DNA of 64,000 bases from an uncultured Prochlorococcus sp. (GTDB taxonomy: Bacteria > Cyanobacteriota > Cyanobacteriia > PCC-6307 > Cyanobiaceae): assembly GCA_902595175.1 (NCBI GenBank), contig CACJPB010000003.1, positions 47,586-111,585 on the forward strand. Reading direction: 5' to 3'. Positions 41,610 to 53,303 of this stretch are shown here, one piece after another. The notes beneath the pieces are model-generated. The model searched no databases and was not told the origin of the DNA. It was given only the letters and a program-made list of their open reading frames with translations. Within the stretch, counting starts at the first letter, position 1, and every line of letters begins with the position of its first letter. The translations under genes and the position numbers were made by a program.

Positions 41610-42233
41610 TTATGTTAATTCTCCCTCCAAAATCACTCTTCTAATCGTTGATAATGCAATTCCAGTTTGGGATCTGATTGATCGATATGAATATCCTTCA
41701 TTACGCAATCTGATTACTAAAGATTCTTTTAAAGGACTTATTCTGGGCCTGCCTCCCAAATTATTTCCAGATAATTTTCTGCGTAATAGTTGTTCTTTTT
41801 TTCTTTCAACTAAACTTTTGTCTTCTAAATTATCTAATTCATATAAAATCTTAAAAATTGAAGAATTTGCATTAGAGGATTCATTCGTAGCAAAAAAACC
41901 AGTCAAAGTTTGTAATTGAATATCTTTATTAATAAGTTTATTTATTGTTCTTAAACATTCTTTTTTATTTTTAAATGCTCGGTCAAGCTGAGTTATGATT
42001 AATCGATCACCTTTTGATAAGGAATTTATAGCTTTATTGAGTTGGGGTTTGATTTCTTCATCTAAACTTATAAATTCAGAGAACACTAAACTGCAACCCT
42101 CTCCCTTTAAAATTTTTATTTGCTCTTCTAAATATTCATATTCATTACGAGTAGCTCTAGCATAACCTATTGCTTTGGAGCTTTTATTTTTTTCCGATAA
42201 TAAAATACGTTTTCTTTTAAATTTAAAAGTCAA
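41610..42233 (-). CDS. Serine resolvase/invertase-family protein, catalytic motif altered
   Basis: GYARAT (canonical GYARVST), GD.LIITQLDR, GGRP and a C-terminal HTH (YRSIRSQTGIALSTIRR). Confidence 0.85.
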   Translation of the reverse strand: MTFKFKRKRILLSEKNKSSKAIGYARATRNEYEYLEEQIKILKGEGCSLVFSEFISLDEEIKPQLNKAINSLSKGDRLIITQLDRAFKNKKECLRTINKLINKDIQLQTLTGFFATNESSNANSSIFKILYELDNLEDKSLVERKKEQLLRRKLSGNNLGGRPRISPLKESLVIRLRNEGYSYRSIRSQTGIALSTIRRVILEGELT

Positions 42234-42576
42234 TGTTTTATTACATCTATTTTTTACTGTATCAATAAATTAGAAAAAAAACACTTTTTAGTACAAAAAA
42301 TTTCAATAATTACAGTTTTAACAAAAAAATAGAGAAATTATTAAATGTTCTGATATCTGTTCTAAAAATAATGTTCTAAATACTGTAATAGTTTTAGTTG
42401 ATGAAACAGTCATATTTTGTAAGTTTTACATTGAATTAGGAAGTTTTTAATTTTTGATGGACTAATTAAATTCATTTATTTTTCACTTCTATTTAATAGA
42501 CTTTATGGTTGAAATTATTAATAGTTAATTCAAATTGTTTTTAGTAAAATAAGTCTATAGGCCAGAAACAATTAAA

Positions 42577-43470
42577 TTGACTAATAATCCTAATAGCTTA
42601 ATTTCAAAGCCTGATTGGCTAAGAGTAAAAGCTCCGCAAGTTGAGAGAATTGGTAAGACTGCAAAATTGTTAAATGATTTAAATCTCAATACTGTATGTC
42701 AAGAAGCAAGCTGTCCAAATATTGGTGAATGTTTTGCTAGTGGAACTGCTACTTTCCTCATAATGGGTCCTGGCTGTACTAGGGCATGTCCATATTGCGA
42801 TATTGATTTTGATAGATCTAAAAGAGAATTAGATCCAACAGAACCATATCGTCTAGCCGAAGCCGTTTTTAGAATGAAGCTTAAGCATGTTGTCATCACA
42901 TCAGTTAATAGAGACGATCTTGAGGATGGTGGCGCATCTCAATTTTTTCAATGTGTTTATCAAATAAGAGAAAAATCTCCTGAAACTACTATTGAGCTTT
43001 TAATTCCTGATTTTTGTGGCAACTGGGAAGCTCTTGAAAAAGTTCTTGATTCAAATCCAAATGTTTTAAACCATAATATTGAGACTGTGCCTTCTCTATA
43101 TAAAAAGGTAAGACCTCAGGGTAAATATGAAAGAACTCTTGAGTTGCTTAAAAGAACCAGAGACTACTCTCCCAAAGTTTATACAAAGTCAGGCTTCATG
43201 CTTGGTTTAGGAGAAAAAGACGAGGAAGTCTTGAGGCTGCTTAAGGATTTAAAAAGTAATTTCGTTGATATTGTTACTATTGGCCAATATTTATCTCCTG
43301 GCCCTAATCATTTACCTGTTAAAAGATTTGTAAGTCCTTCAAAATTTAACTATTTTAAAGCGTTCGGGGAAAAAGATTTAAACTTTATGCAAGTAGTTAG
43401 TTCTCCTTTAACTAGAAGCAGTTACCATGCTGAAGAGATTCAAAAACTTATGAAAAAGTATCCAAGATAG
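42577..43470 (+). CDS. lipA: Lipoyl synthase
   Basis: [26 protein letters not shown]. Confidence 0.98.
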   Translation: MTNNPNSLISKPDWLRVKAPQVERIGKTAKLLNDLNLNTVCQEASCPNIGECFASGTATFLIMGPGCTRACPYCDIDFDRSKRELDPTEPYRLAEAVFRMKLKHVVITSVNRDDLEDGGASQFFQCVYQIREKSPETTIELLIPDFCGNWEALEKVLDSNPNVLNHNIETVPSLYKKVRPQGKYERTLELLKRTRDYSPKVYTKSGFMLGLGEKDEEVLRLLKDLKSNFVDIVTIGQYLSPGPNHLPVKRFVSPSKFNYFKAFGEKDLNFMQVVSSPLTRSSYHAEEIQKLMKKYPR

Positions 43471-43476
43471 TTATTT

Positions 43477-43770
43477 TCATTTATTTGAATCTACCCACTC
43501 ATTTAATTTCCATTCAACTAGATCATTTTTAATCATTGGATCATTCTTAATAATTTTTAGTGCATTTTTATAATTATTCATCTCAAGTATAAGTAATCCG
43601 CCGCCACCTGGCCTATCTAACTCATCTACCAAAAAGCCACTTTTTATATTAATTCCCTCTTTTTTTAATTTTTTTATCCATTCAATATGTTCGTTAATTA
43701 TTTTTCGTTTTAAATCATTATTTATTAAGTATTCTTTTTTTATAATTTCAGTTTTTACAAAGAAAGGCAT
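43477..43770 (-). CDS. YciI family protein
   Basis: H..W, SG.L, GGGLLI and DP motifs. Confidence 0.8.
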   Translation of the reverse strand: MPFFVKTEIIKKEYLINNDLKRKIINEHIEWIKKLKKEGINIKSGFLVDELDRPGGGGLLILEMNNYKNALKIIKNDPMIKNDLVEWKLNEWVDSNK

Positions 43771-46700
43771 TTACATTTTCTTTATACCAAGCATCTCTTC
43801 TTCGCTTGGGGGAACAATCAATTTGAAAGAACTCTTGAAATGAGACCAATTTTCAATTATTTTGGCAGCCTTTAAGCTATTTGTTTTTGCTTGATATTCT
43901 CTAATAATTTCCAATAAGATATTTTCCTGCTTTGATGAAGTTATTTGATGAATGCTTACTATTTCTTTATTTACTTTATTACTTAAATCATTATTTTCAT
44001 CGATTATAAAAGCTATTCCACCAGTCATTCCCGCACCAATATTTCTTCCTGTGGAGCCTAGAATAACCACTTTCCCACCTGTCATGTATTCACAACAATG
44101 ATCACCTGCCCCCTCTGTTACTGCTGTGGCACCACTGTTTCTTACCGCAAATCTTTCTCCCGATTTTCCTAATGCAAATAATTTCCCCCCTGTTGCTCCA
44201 TAAAGACAAGTATTTCCTAGGATGACTTGTTCGGAGGAGATTTTATCTATTTGGGGGGGGATTATTGTGAGTATTCCTCCGTTCATTCCTTTACAAACAT
44301 AATCATTAGCTTCCCCGATCAATCGAACATTCATTCCCTTCAATAAAAAGGCTCCAAAGCTTTGTCCTGCATATCCTTTGAAATTTAAGTTAAGTTCGCC
44401 ATTGAATCCAGTGTTGCCATGAAGTTCTGCTATTTCGCCTGATATTTTCGCACAAACACTTCTATCTGTATTTTTTATCTCAATTTCTTTTGTTAATTTT
44501 TCGTGATTTTTAATTGAATCTATAAATTTTGTATCTGACAAAAACTCGTCTTCTAATACAAAACCATTACTATGAGCATTTTGTGAATGTTTTAACCATG
44601 ATCTATTAATGGTTGAATGTTCATTATTTACCAAAGAAGAAAGATCGATATTAGAAGTTTTTGGAAGACAGATATTTCTAGTAGAAAGAAATTCTTGATT
44701 TCCAATCAGTTCTTCCATATTAGAAACGCCGATACTACTCATTATCTGCCTTACTTCTTCAGCAATGTACAAGAAAAAATTGACAACATTTTCTGGAATA
44801 CCTTTAAATCTTTTTCTTAATTCTTCTTTTTGAGTGGCAACTCCCACAGGACACTTGTTTGTATGGCAAACCCGAGCCATTATGCATCCTTCAGCAATCA
44901 TCGCTACAGAGCCGAAACCGTATTCTTCAGCACCTAGTAAAGCTGCAATAACTACATCCCAGCCTGTTTTAAGACCTCCATCAGTTCTCAAAATTACTCT
45001 TTCACGTAAGTTATTTTCTAAGAGAGATTTATGAACCTCAGCAACACCTAGTTCCCATGGTAAACCTGCATGTTTGATAGAACTTAAGGGTGAAGCACCT
45101 GTACCCCCGTCATGACCTGAAATTTGAATTACATCGGCATTAGCTTTGCTTACTCCAGCAGCAATAGTGCCTATTCCAATTTCAGAAACAAGTTTAACGC
45201 TTACTTTCGCTTTTGGATGAACTTGGTGTAAGTCATGGATAAGTTGAGCTAAATCTTCAATTGAATAAATATCATGATGCGGCGGCGGAGATATTAGAGC
45301 TACTCCGGGTTTACTATTTCTTAGTTTTGCGATGTAAGAATCAACTTTTGGACCAGGCAATTGTCCCCCTTCTCCAGGTTTTGCGCCTTGAGCCATTTTA
45401 ATTTCGAGTTGTTTACCACTTCTTAGATATTCAGGGGTAACTCCAAATCTACCTGATGCTATTTGTTTAATAGCTGAGCATGCGGTGTCGCCATTTTTGA
45501 GACCTTTAATAAATGGTAGCGTCGCTGATTGCGTATTTTCATCTATATCATTTAAAACATTAAAACGCGCTGGATCTTCTCCTCCTTCTCCACTATTGCT
45601 TTTCCCACCAATTCTATTCATTGCAACTGCTAAAACTTCGTGTGCTTCTCTTGATAAAGCACCCAAACTCATTCCTCCAGTACAGAACCTGCTGCAAATT
45701 GATTCAACACTTTCAACTTCTTCTAATGGAATGCTTTTTCTTTTTGAATTAATTGTTAGTAAATCTCTTAGAGATGTTGTTGGTCTATTACTAATGAGTT
45801 TTTTGTAAGTTTCAAAATGATCATATCCAGGCCCTTGTTTTACAGCTGAATGTAAAACTTTGGACATCTCCGGGTTATTGGAATGATATTCTGCATTATT
45901 TCTAAATTGTACAAATCCTAAAAATTCTAATTTCTTTAAATCGATTTCTGGATAGGCTTTTGTATGTATTGAAAGCGTTTCATTAGTTAATTCTTTTAAT
46001 GTTATGCCAGCTATACGGCTTGTTGTACCATCAAAAGCAATTTTTATTAAGTCAGCACCAAGGCCTACTGCTTCAAAAATTTGTGCACCATGGTAACTAG
46101 ATAAAAGCGATATTCCTATTTTCGAAAGAATTTTTCTTAGACCGTCTTCTAGAGCTTTTTTAATATTTTCTTGAACATCAACTATTGATAATGGATTTAT
46201 TTTTTTACTATCAATGAGTTTTTGAGTTTTTGGATGCTTTAACCAATGCCTACCAGCTTCGAAGGTTAGCCAAGGGCAAACTGCGCTTGCACCATAACCA
46301 ATTAAACAAGCCAAGTGATGTGTACTCCAACATTGCCCTGTCTCAACTATGAGAGAAGCTTTTAATCTTATTTCTTTTTTAAGAAGATAATGATGAATTG
46401 CTCCAACAGCAAGTAATGGAGGAATAAAAGTCTTTTTAGGATTTATCCCCTTATCAGAAATAATGATTATGGAACAACCCTCTTTTATAGAGAGCTCACT
46501 CTGTTCACAAATTGTTTTTAATTGGTTCTCTAAGCCTTGCACACCTTCTTCAATATCAAACAAACTTGAAATTGTTTGAGATTTAATTTTTGATTTTTTT
46601 ATTGATAAGAGCTCTTCTTCGTTGAGAATTGGAGTTTGTAAATGAACAAAAGGTTTAGCGCCTTTAATCTCAAATGGTGTACATCTTTCTCCAAGATGCA

Positions 46701-48345
46701 TTTCTAGACTCATTACAAGTTTTTCTCTTAGAGGATCAATTGGAGGATTAGTAACTTGCGCAAATCTTTGCTTGAAATAGTCATATAAAATATGTGGCTT
46801 TGAAGAAAGTACCGCTAATGGGATGTCATCTCCCATGCAATAAGTAGGCTCTTTAGCTAATGAGGCCATTGAATCTAAGATAAGATCGTTATCTTCCGCT
46901 GAAAAACCATATGCAGTTTGCTGTTGTAATAACTCAAGGTCTTTTAGCTTGCAGTCTTTTAACCATTCATTATTTTCAATTTTTAAAATTCTATTTTTTA
47001 AGAGATTTTTATAGTTATGCCTTTGAGCAGCATCAGTCTTCACTTCCCAATTTCTCAAAACTTTATTTTGATGAAAATCAACAGCTAACATTTGCCCAGG
47101 TCCTAATCGACCTTTTTCTATTACTCTTTCCTCTTCGAGATCTACTACTCCTGTTTCGGAACCCATTATTACAAAACCATCTTTTGTTATTGAATATCTT
47201 GCTGGTCTTAGGCCATTTCTATCAAGCGTTGCTCCGACAAAATTTCCATCAGCAAATACAAGGAGTGCAGGACCATCCCAGGCTTCTTGTAGGCTTGCAG
47301 AATATTCGTAAAATGCTTTAATCTCCCCTCTTTGTTCAAGTTCGGGTTGATCTCTAAATGCTTCTGGAACAAGTTTTAATAATGAGTCGGTAATGGGTTG
47401 ACCTGAACGAATATTAATTTCAAGAGTTGCATCGAGATTTGATGAATCACTTTTATTTACATCTACTATAGGCTTGATTTCATTAGATAAGTCTCCCCAA
47501 AAATCATCAATATGTGTTTCTGATGCTTTAGCCCAGTTGATATTACCTAGGAGAGTGTTTATTTCGCCATTATGACCTAAAAATCTCATAGGCTGAGCTA
47601 ATGGCCATTTTGGAAGTGTATTAGTACTAAACCTCCTATGGTAAACGGAAAATGAGACTCTAAAATTTTCGTCTTTTAGATCTTTATAAAACTCAGATAA
47701 TATTTCAGAACGAACCATACCTTTATAAACAACTGTTTGAGAACTCAAAGAAGCAAAATAAAATTCGCAATCACCAACATGATTTTTAAAAGCTTCTCTT
47801 ATTTTTTTTTCAATTCTTTTTCGTAATTGGAACAAAAGCTTCTCAATATCTTGATTATCTTTTTTATCAACGTAGATGATCCACTGACTTATAAACGGAG
47901 CATTTGCTTTAGCTAAAGGACCTAAGATTTCGTTGTTAACAGGTACTGTTCTCCAAAATGTTTTCTTGACTCTTAATTTCTCAGCTTCTTTTTCACATAT
48001 TGATTTACATTCTTCAATTTTCTCTTTTTTATCAGGCATAAAAATCATGCCTAAACCTCTATCCAAGTCTTGTGTATTTTCAAGATTCATTTTTGGGTCG
48101 ATATATTCCCAGGGAATTGAACATAAAATGCCTGCACCATCTCCTGAATCACTATCTCCTCCACAACCACCTCTATGCTCCATGCAGTTAAGTCCCTTTA
48201 GCGATTGTTTAAGAATCCAGTTACTTTCTAGCCCATTAACATTTGCTATGAAACCAACTCCACACGCATCTTTTTCGCCAATTATTCCATTTGGCGAAAA
48301 ACTATCTTTATATGGACCAACGACTCTTTTGATACACTCTCCCAT
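43771..48345 (-). CDS. glsF: Ferredoxin-dependent glutamate synthase
   Basis: CGVGF amidotransferase start, HRRFSTNT, KQIASGRFG, CIMARVCHTNKCP. Confidence 0.98.
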   Translation of the reverse strand: MGECIKRVVGPYKDSFSPNGIIGEKDACGVGFIANVNGLESNWILKQSLKGLNCMEHRGGCGGDSDSGDGAGILCSIPWEYIDPKMNLENTQDLDRGLGMIFMPDKKEKIEECKSICEKEAEKLRVKKTFWRTVPVNNEILGPLAKANAPFISQWIIYVDKKDNQDIEKLLFQLRKRIEKKIREAFKNHVGDCEFYFASLSSQTVVYKGMVRSEILSEFYKDLKDENFRVSFSVYHRRFSTNTLPKWPLAQPMRFLGHNGEINTLLGNINWAKASETHIDDFWGDLSNEIKPIVDVNKSDSSNLDATLEINIRSGQPITDSLLKLVPEAFRDQPELEQRGEIKAFYEYSASLQEAWDGPALLVFADGNFVGATLDRNGLRPARYSITKDGFVIMGSETGVVDLEEERVIEKGRLGPGQMLAVDFHQNKVLRNWEVKTDAAQRHNYKNLLKNRILKIENNEWLKDCKLKDLELLQQQTAYGFSAEDNDLILDSMASLAKEPTYCMGDDIPLAVLSSKPHILYDYFKQRFAQVTNPPIDPLREKLVMSLEMHLGERCTPFEIKGAKPFVHLQTPILNEEELLSIKKSKIKSQTISSLFDIEEGVQGLENQLKTICEQSELSIKEGCSIIIISDKGINPKKTFIPPLLAVGAIHHYLLKKEIRLKASLIVETGQCWSTHHLACLIGYGASAVCPWLTFEAGRHWLKHPKTQKLIDSKKINPLSIVDVQENIKKALEDGLRKILSKIGISLLSSYHGAQIFEAVGLGADLIKIAFDGTTSRIAGITLKELTNETLSIHTKAYPEIDLKKLEFLGFVQFRNNAEYHSNNPEMSKVLHSAVKQGPGYDHFETYKKLISNRPTTSLRDLLTINSKRKSIPLEEVESVESICSRFCTGGMSLGALSREAHEVLAVAMNRIGGKSNSGEGGEDPARFNVLNDIDENTQSATLPFIKGLKNGDTACSAIKQIASGRFGVTPEYLRSGKQLEIKMAQGAKPGEGGQLPGPKVDSYIAKLRNSKPGVALISPPPHHDIYSIEDLAQLIHDLHQVHPKAKVSVKLVSEIGIGTIAAGVSKANADVIQISGHDGGTGASPLSSIKHAGLPWELGVAEVHKSLLENNLRERVILRTDGGLKTGWDVVIAALLGAEEYGFGSVAMIAEGCIMARVCHTNKCPVGVATQKEELRKRFKGIPENVVNFFLYIAEEVRQIMSSIGVSNMEELIGNQEFLSTRNICLPKTSNIDLSSLVNNEHSTINRSWLKHSQNAHSNGFVLEDEFLSDTKFIDSIKNHEKLTKEIEIKNTDRSVCAKISGEIAELHGNTGFNGELNLNFKGYAGQSFGAFLLKGMNVRLIGEANDYVCKGMNGGILTIIPPQIDKISSEQVILGNTCLYGATGGKLFALGKSGERFAVRNSGATAVTEGAGDHCCEYMTGGKVVILGSTGRNIGAGMTGGIAFIIDENNDLSNKVNKEIVSIHQITSSKQENILLEIIREYQAKTNSLKAAKIIENWSHFKSSFKLIVPPSEEEMLGIKKM

Positions 48346-48538
48346 AGATTATTTAATTCTATTGAGTTATTTATTTATTTCTATTATAAAAATAAATATG
48401 AAAATAAATCTAAAGATTATTAATATTTACCAAAAAATTTTAATTCCACAAATATTAAAAAAATATCATTAAAAACTTTTAGTTGGTGCTCGTAAAAGGT
48501 TATGATAATACAATGTTTATTTTTTCAAAATATAATAG

Positions 48539-48913
48539 ATGCCTACCATCTCACAATTAATAGGTTCAGAAAGAAAGCGTCTGACTAGGAAAACAAAATC
48601 TCCTGCATTAAAAGCTTGCCCTGAAAGAAGAGGGGTATGTACGAGAGTTTATACATCAACACCTAAAAAACCTAATTCAGCTTTAAGAAAAGTAGCGAGA
48701 GTGAGATTAACTTCTGGTTTCGAAGTAACGGCTTATATCCCTGGGATTGGTCATAATTTACAAGAACACTCTGTAGTGCTTTTGAGGGGTGGAAGGGTTA
48801 AAGATTTACCAGGAGTTAGATATCATATAATAAGAGGAACTTTAGATACGGCTGGAGTCAAAGATAGACGTCAATCCAGATCTAAATACGGAGCAAAAGC
48901 TCCAAAAGATTAA
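48539..48913 (+). CDS. rpsL: 30S ribosomal protein S12
   Basis: [19 protein letters not shown]. Confidence 0.99.
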   Translation: MPTISQLIGSERKRLTRKTKSPALKACPERRGVCTRVYTSTPKKPNSALRKVARVRLTSGFEVTAYIPGIGHNLQEHSVVLLRGGRVKDLPGVRYHIIRGTLDTAGVKDRRQSRSKYGAKAPKD

Positions 48914-48938
48914 TTTGTAAACATTACTTTTAAAAAAA

Positions 48939-49409
48939 ATGTCACGTCGTAATGCAGCAGTAAAAAGACCAGTTCTTCCAGATCCTCAATTTAATAGTCG
49001 TCTTGCTTCAATGATGATTTCTCGATTGATGAAACATGGAAAGAAATCTACAGCTCAAAGAATATTATCTGATGCTTTTTCTTTAATAAGTGAGAGAACA
49101 GGTGGTAATGCAGTCGAATTATTTGAAACAGCTGTAAAAAATGCTACTCCTCTTGTAGAGGTAAGAGCAAGAAGAGTTGGTGGTGCAACATATCAAGTGC
49201 CTATGGAAGTCCGTCAAGAGAGGGGTACAGCTATGGCATTAAGATGGCTTGTTACATTCTCACGTGCAAGAAATGGCAAAAGTATGTCCCAAAAACTTGC
49301 TGGTGAGTTGATGGATGCAGCAAATGAAACTGGTAGTGCAGTTAAAAAAAGAGAAGACACTCATAAAATGGCTGAAGCTAATAAGGCCTTTGCACATTAC
49401 AGATATTAA
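48939..49409 (+). CDS. rpsG: 30S ribosomal protein S7
   Basis: [18 protein letters not shown]. Confidence 0.99.
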   Translation: MSRRNAAVKRPVLPDPQFNSRLASMMISRLMKHGKKSTAQRILSDAFSLISERTGGNAVELFETAVKNATPLVEVRARRVGGATYQVPMEVRQERGTAMALRWLVTFSRARNGKSMSQKLAGELMDAANETGSAVKKREDTHKMAEANKAFAHYRY

Positions 49410-49506
49410 TTTCATCAAAAAGGTACTTAAGTAGTTTATTATTATTAAAGTTTGCTTCTAGAGCGAACTGTACTTATCAAAAATTATTTTATTTGGAGCT
49501 TTAAAA

Positions 49507-51582
49507 TTGGCACGCGACTTTCCCCTAGAACGAGTAAGAAACATAGGTATAGCCGCTCACATTGATGCAGGGAAGACTACAACTACTGAAAGAATTTTGT
49601 TTTATTCTGGTGTTGTTCACAAGATAGGAGAAGTACATGATGGTGCTGCTGTAACAGATTGGATGGCTCAAGAACGAGAAAGAGGAATAACTATTACTGC
49701 TGCTGCAATATCTACTAGTTGGCAAGATCACAGAATTAATATTATTGATACTCCCGGACACGTTGACTTTACTATTGAAGTGGAGAGATCAATGCGAGTC
49801 TTGGATGGAGTAATAGCTGTGTTTTGTGCAGTTGGTGGAGTTCAGCCTCAATCTGAAACTGTTTGGCGTCAAGCAGATAGATACTCTGTCCCAAGAATGG
49901 TTTTTGTCAATAAAATGGACAGGACTGGTGCAGATTTTCTAAAAGTTAATAAACAAATTAAAGATCGATTAAAGGCAAACGCACTCCCAATTCAACTTCC
50001 TATTGGAGCTGAAGGTGATCTCACAGGCATTATTGATTTAGTAGCTAACAAAGCATACCTGTACAAAAATGACTTAGGTACTGATATTGAAGAAGCACCA
50101 ATTCCATCTGACATGAAGGAGGAGGCTGATGAGTGGAGATTAAAGTTGATGGAGAGCGTCGCAGAAAATGATGAAGAGTTAATTGAAATTTTCCTTGAAA
50201 CAGGAGAATTATCAATAGAACAATTGAAAAAAGGTATTAGGGAAGGTGTTTTAAAACATGGATTAGTTCCTGTTCTGTGTGGGTCAGCTTTCAAGAATAA
50301 AGGAGTCCAACTTGTATTAGACGCTGTTGTTGATTATTTGCCAGCTCCAGTTGATGTGAAACCTATACAAGGTGTTTTACCAAGCGGAAAAGAAGATATT
50401 AGACCTTCAGATGATAATGCTCCTTTCAGTGCTTTAGCTTTCAAAGTGATGTCAGATCCCTATGGGAAATTAACTTTTGTAAGAATGTATTCAGGTGTTC
50501 TTTCAAAGGGAAGTTATGTAATGAATTCTACTAAGGATGCTAAAGAGAGAATTTCTAGATTAGTGATTCTAAAGGCTGATGAAAGAGAGGAGGTCGATGA
50601 GTTGAGGGCTGGGGATTTAGGAGCTGTATTAGGTCTTAAAAACACAACAACTGGCGACACTTTATGTAACACAGAAGATCCAATAGTTTTGGAGACATTG
50701 TTTATCCCTGAACCAGTTATCTCTGTGGCTGTTGAGCCAAAAACTAAAGGTGATATGGAAAAATTATCAAAAGCTTTAACTGCTTTGTCTGAAGAGGATC
50801 CAACCTTTAGGGTAAGTACAGATCCTGAGACTAATCAAACAGTTATTGCAGGTATGGGTGAGTTGCACTTAGAAATCCTTGTTGACAGAATGTTGAGGGA
50901 ATTTAAAGTTGAAGCAAATATAGGAGCTCCTCAGGTTTCATATAGAGAAACTATTAGGTCAAGTTCAAAAGGTGAAGGTAAATATGCAAGACAGACTGGA
51001 GGAAAAGGTCAATATGGTCACGTAATTATTGAAATGGAACCTGCTGAAGTTGGTAAAGGTTTTGAATTTGTAAACAAAATTGTTGGCGGAGCTGTACCAA
51101 AAGAGTATATTGGTCCTGCATCTAATGGAATGAAAGAAACCTGTGAATCTGGTGTTCTTGCCGGTTATCCACTCATTGATGTAAAAGTAACACTAGTCGA
51201 TGGTTCATTCCACGATGTAGACTCATCTGAAATGGCCTTCAAAATTGCAGGTTCCATGGCTTTCAAAGACGGGGTTAAAAAATGCAATCCTGTCCTTTTA
51301 GAGCCTATGATGAAAGTTGAGGTCGAAAGTCCTGACGACTTTCTTGGATCTGTTATTGGTGATCTCTCATCTAGAAGAGGTCAAGTAGAAGGACAATCTG
51401 TTGATGATGGATTGTCTAAGGTACAGGCCAAAGTGCCCTTAGCCGAAATGTTCGGTTATGCCACTCAACTCCGATCAATGACTCAAGGTCGGGGTATATT
51501 TTCAATGGAGTTCGCAAATTATGAGGAAGTTCCTCGTAATGTTGCTGAAGCTATCATTTCCAAGAATCAGGGCAACTCCTGA
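49507..51582 (+). CDS. fusA: Elongation factor G
   Basis: [17 protein letters not shown]; TTG start. Confidence 0.99.
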   Translation: MARDFPLERVRNIGIAAHIDAGKTTTTERILFYSGVVHKIGEVHDGAAVTDWMAQERERGITITAAAISTSWQDHRINIIDTPGHVDFTIEVERSMRVLDGVIAVFCAVGGVQPQSETVWRQADRYSVPRMVFVNKMDRTGADFLKVNKQIKDRLKANALPIQLPIGAEGDLTGIIDLVANKAYLYKNDLGTDIEEAPIPSDMKEEADEWRLKLMESVAENDEELIEIFLETGELSIEQLKKGIREGVLKHGLVPVLCGSAFKNKGVQLVLDAVVDYLPAPVDVKPIQGVLPSGKEDIRPSDDNAPFSALAFKVMSDPYGKLTFVRMYSGVLSKGSYVMNSTKDAKERISRLVILKADEREEVDELRAGDLGAVLGLKNTTTGDTLCNTEDPIVLETLFIPEPVISVAVEPKTKGDMEKLSKALTALSEEDPTFRVSTDPETNQTVIAGMGELHLEILVDRMLREFKVEANIGAPQVSYRETIRSSSKGEGKYARQTGGKGQYGHVIIEMEPAEVGKGFEFVNKIVGGAVPKEYIGPASNGMKETCESGVLAGYPLIDVKVTLVDGSFHDVDSSEMAFKIAGSMAFKDGVKKCNPVLLEPMMKVEVESPDDFLGSVIGDLSSRRGQVEGQSVDDGLSKVQAKVPLAEMFGYATQLRSMTQGRGIFSMEFANYEEVPRNVAEAIISKNQGNS

Positions 51583-51627
51583 TCTCTAAACTAAAACACT
51601 CTTAAACCCTCGATTCTTTAATTCAAA

Positions 51628-52827
51628 ATGGCTCGCGAGAAGTTCGAAAGGAACAAACCACATGTCAACATAGGTACTATTGGCCACGTTGATCATGGAA
51701 AAACAACACTAACAGCTGCTATTACAAATGTATTAGCTAAAAAAGGTCAAGCTAAAGCTCAAGACTATGGAGACATTGATGGTGCTCCTGAGGAAAGAGA
51801 GCGTGGCATTACCATTAATACAGCTCACGTTGAATATGAAACTGAAGGCAGACACTATGCTCATGTTGATTGCCCAGGCCATGCTGATTATGTGAAAAAT
51901 ATGATCACAGGGGCCGCCCAGATGGATGGAGCTATTCTAGTTTGTGCAGCTACAGATGGACCTATGGCTCAAACAAAAGAGCATATTCTTTTAGCTAAAC
52001 AGGTTGGAGTTCCTGCTCTTGTAGTTGCTCTCAATAAATGCGATATGGTCGATGATGAAGAAATTATTGAACTTGTCGAAATGGAAATTAGGGAACTGTT
52101 AGATAGTTATGACTTCCCCGGAGATGACATTCCTATAGTTCAAGTTTCTGGTTTAAAAGCTCTCGAAGGTGATTCTACTTGGGAATCAAAGATCGAAGAA
52201 CTAATGAAAGCAGTTGATGCTAATATCCCTGAACCAGAAAGAGAAGTTGATAAACCATTCTTGATGGCAGTTGAAGACGTTTTCTCAATTACTGGTAGAG
52301 GAACTGTTGCTACTGGAAGAATTGAGAGAGGTAAAGTAAAGGTTGGAGAAGAAGTTGAAATAGTTGGAATAAGAGATACAAGAGTTACAACTGTCACTGG
52401 AGTTGAAATGTTCCGAAAACTTCTTGATGAAGGTATGGCTGGCGATAATGTTGGTTTACTTTTACGTGGTGTCCAGAAAGAAGATATTGAGAGAGGAATG
52501 GTACTTGTTAAGAAAGGATCTATTACCCCTCATACTCAATTTGAAGGAGAAGTTTATGTACTCAAAAAAGAAGAGGGCGGAAGACATACTCCTTTCTTCG
52601 CAGGATATAGACCACAGTTCTACATCAGAACAACTGATGTAACGGGTCAAATAACCGCGTTTACCTCTGATGATGGCTCTAATGTTGAAATGGTTATGCC
52701 TGGAGACAGAATTAAGATGACTGGAGAATTAATTTGTCCAGTAGCTATTGAACAAGGTATGCGATTCGCAATACGTGAAGGTGGACGTACTATCGGTGCT
52801 GGAGTTGTCTCTAAAATACTCAAATAA
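51628..52827 (+). CDS. tuf: Elongation factor Tu
   Basis: [17 protein letters not shown]. Confidence 0.99.
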   Translation: MAREKFERNKPHVNIGTIGHVDHGKTTLTAAITNVLAKKGQAKAQDYGDIDGAPEERERGITINTAHVEYETEGRHYAHVDCPGHADYVKNMITGAAQMDGAILVCAATDGPMAQTKEHILLAKQVGVPALVVALNKCDMVDDEEIIELVEMEIRELLDSYDFPGDDIPIVQVSGLKALEGDSTWESKIEELMKAVDANIPEPEREVDKPFLMAVEDVFSITGRGTVATGRIERGKVKVGEEVEIVGIRDTRVTTVTGVEMFRKLLDEGMAGDNVGLLLRGVQKEDIERGMVLVKKGSITPHTQFEGEVYVLKKEEGGRHTPFFAGYRPQFYIRTTDVTGQITAFTSDDGSNVEMVMPGDRIKMTGELICPVAIEQGMRFAIREGGRTIGAGVVSKILK

Positions 52828-52881
52828 TATATTTGAATTTTAAAGAATTAACCTCAATCATTTAGTATAGGTATTTGGATA

Positions 52882-52905
52882 AGGGTCATTGATTAAAATG
52901 ACCCT
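52882..52905 (+). other. Stem-loop between tuf and rpsJ
   Basis: AGGGTCATT-GATTAA-AATGACCCT, perfect 9-bp stem without a U tail. Confidence 0.6.
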
Positions 52906-52927
52906 CTACTAGAAGTTATTTGAAATT

Positions 52928-53248
52928 ATGACTGCATCAATTGCACAACAAAAAATAAGAATAAGATTGAAAGCATTTGATAGAAGAATGCTTGATTTAT
53001 CTTGCGACAAAATCATCCAAACTGCTGATACTACCTCTGCTTCAGCAATTGGTCCAATTCCTTTACCTACAAAAAGGAAGATTTATTGTGTCCTAAGATC
53101 ACCACATGTTGATAAAGATTCTAGAGAGCATTTTGAAACAAGAACACATCGAAGAATCATAGATATCTATAGTCCTTCTGCAAAAACTATTGATGCTTTA
53201 ATGAAACTAGATCTTCCTAGTGGTGTAGATATAGAAGTTAAACTTTAA
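52928..53248 (+). CDS. rpsJ: 30S ribosomal protein S10
   Basis: [27 protein letters not shown]. Confidence 0.99.
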   Translation: MTASIAQQKIRIRLKAFDRRMLDLSCDKIIQTADTTSASAIGPIPLPTKRKIYCVLRSPHVDKDSREHFETRTHRRIIDIYSPSAKTIDALMKLDLPSGVDIEVKL

Positions 53249-53303
53249 TAAATCCCAAAATCTCCCTAAATTGATTAATATAAAAAAAGAAAACGATGTT
53301 TAA

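Noticed and set aside
41610-42233. Resolvase-like gene as a transposon or as the recombinase for the tRNA-Ser islet
   Set aside because: No transposase, terminal repeats or target duplication; it is 12 kb from the islet and lacks the catalytic Ser.
48346-48538. NtcA box or glutamine riboswitch upstream of glsF
   Set aside because: No GTA-N8-TAC and no recognisable structured element in this very AT-rich spacer.
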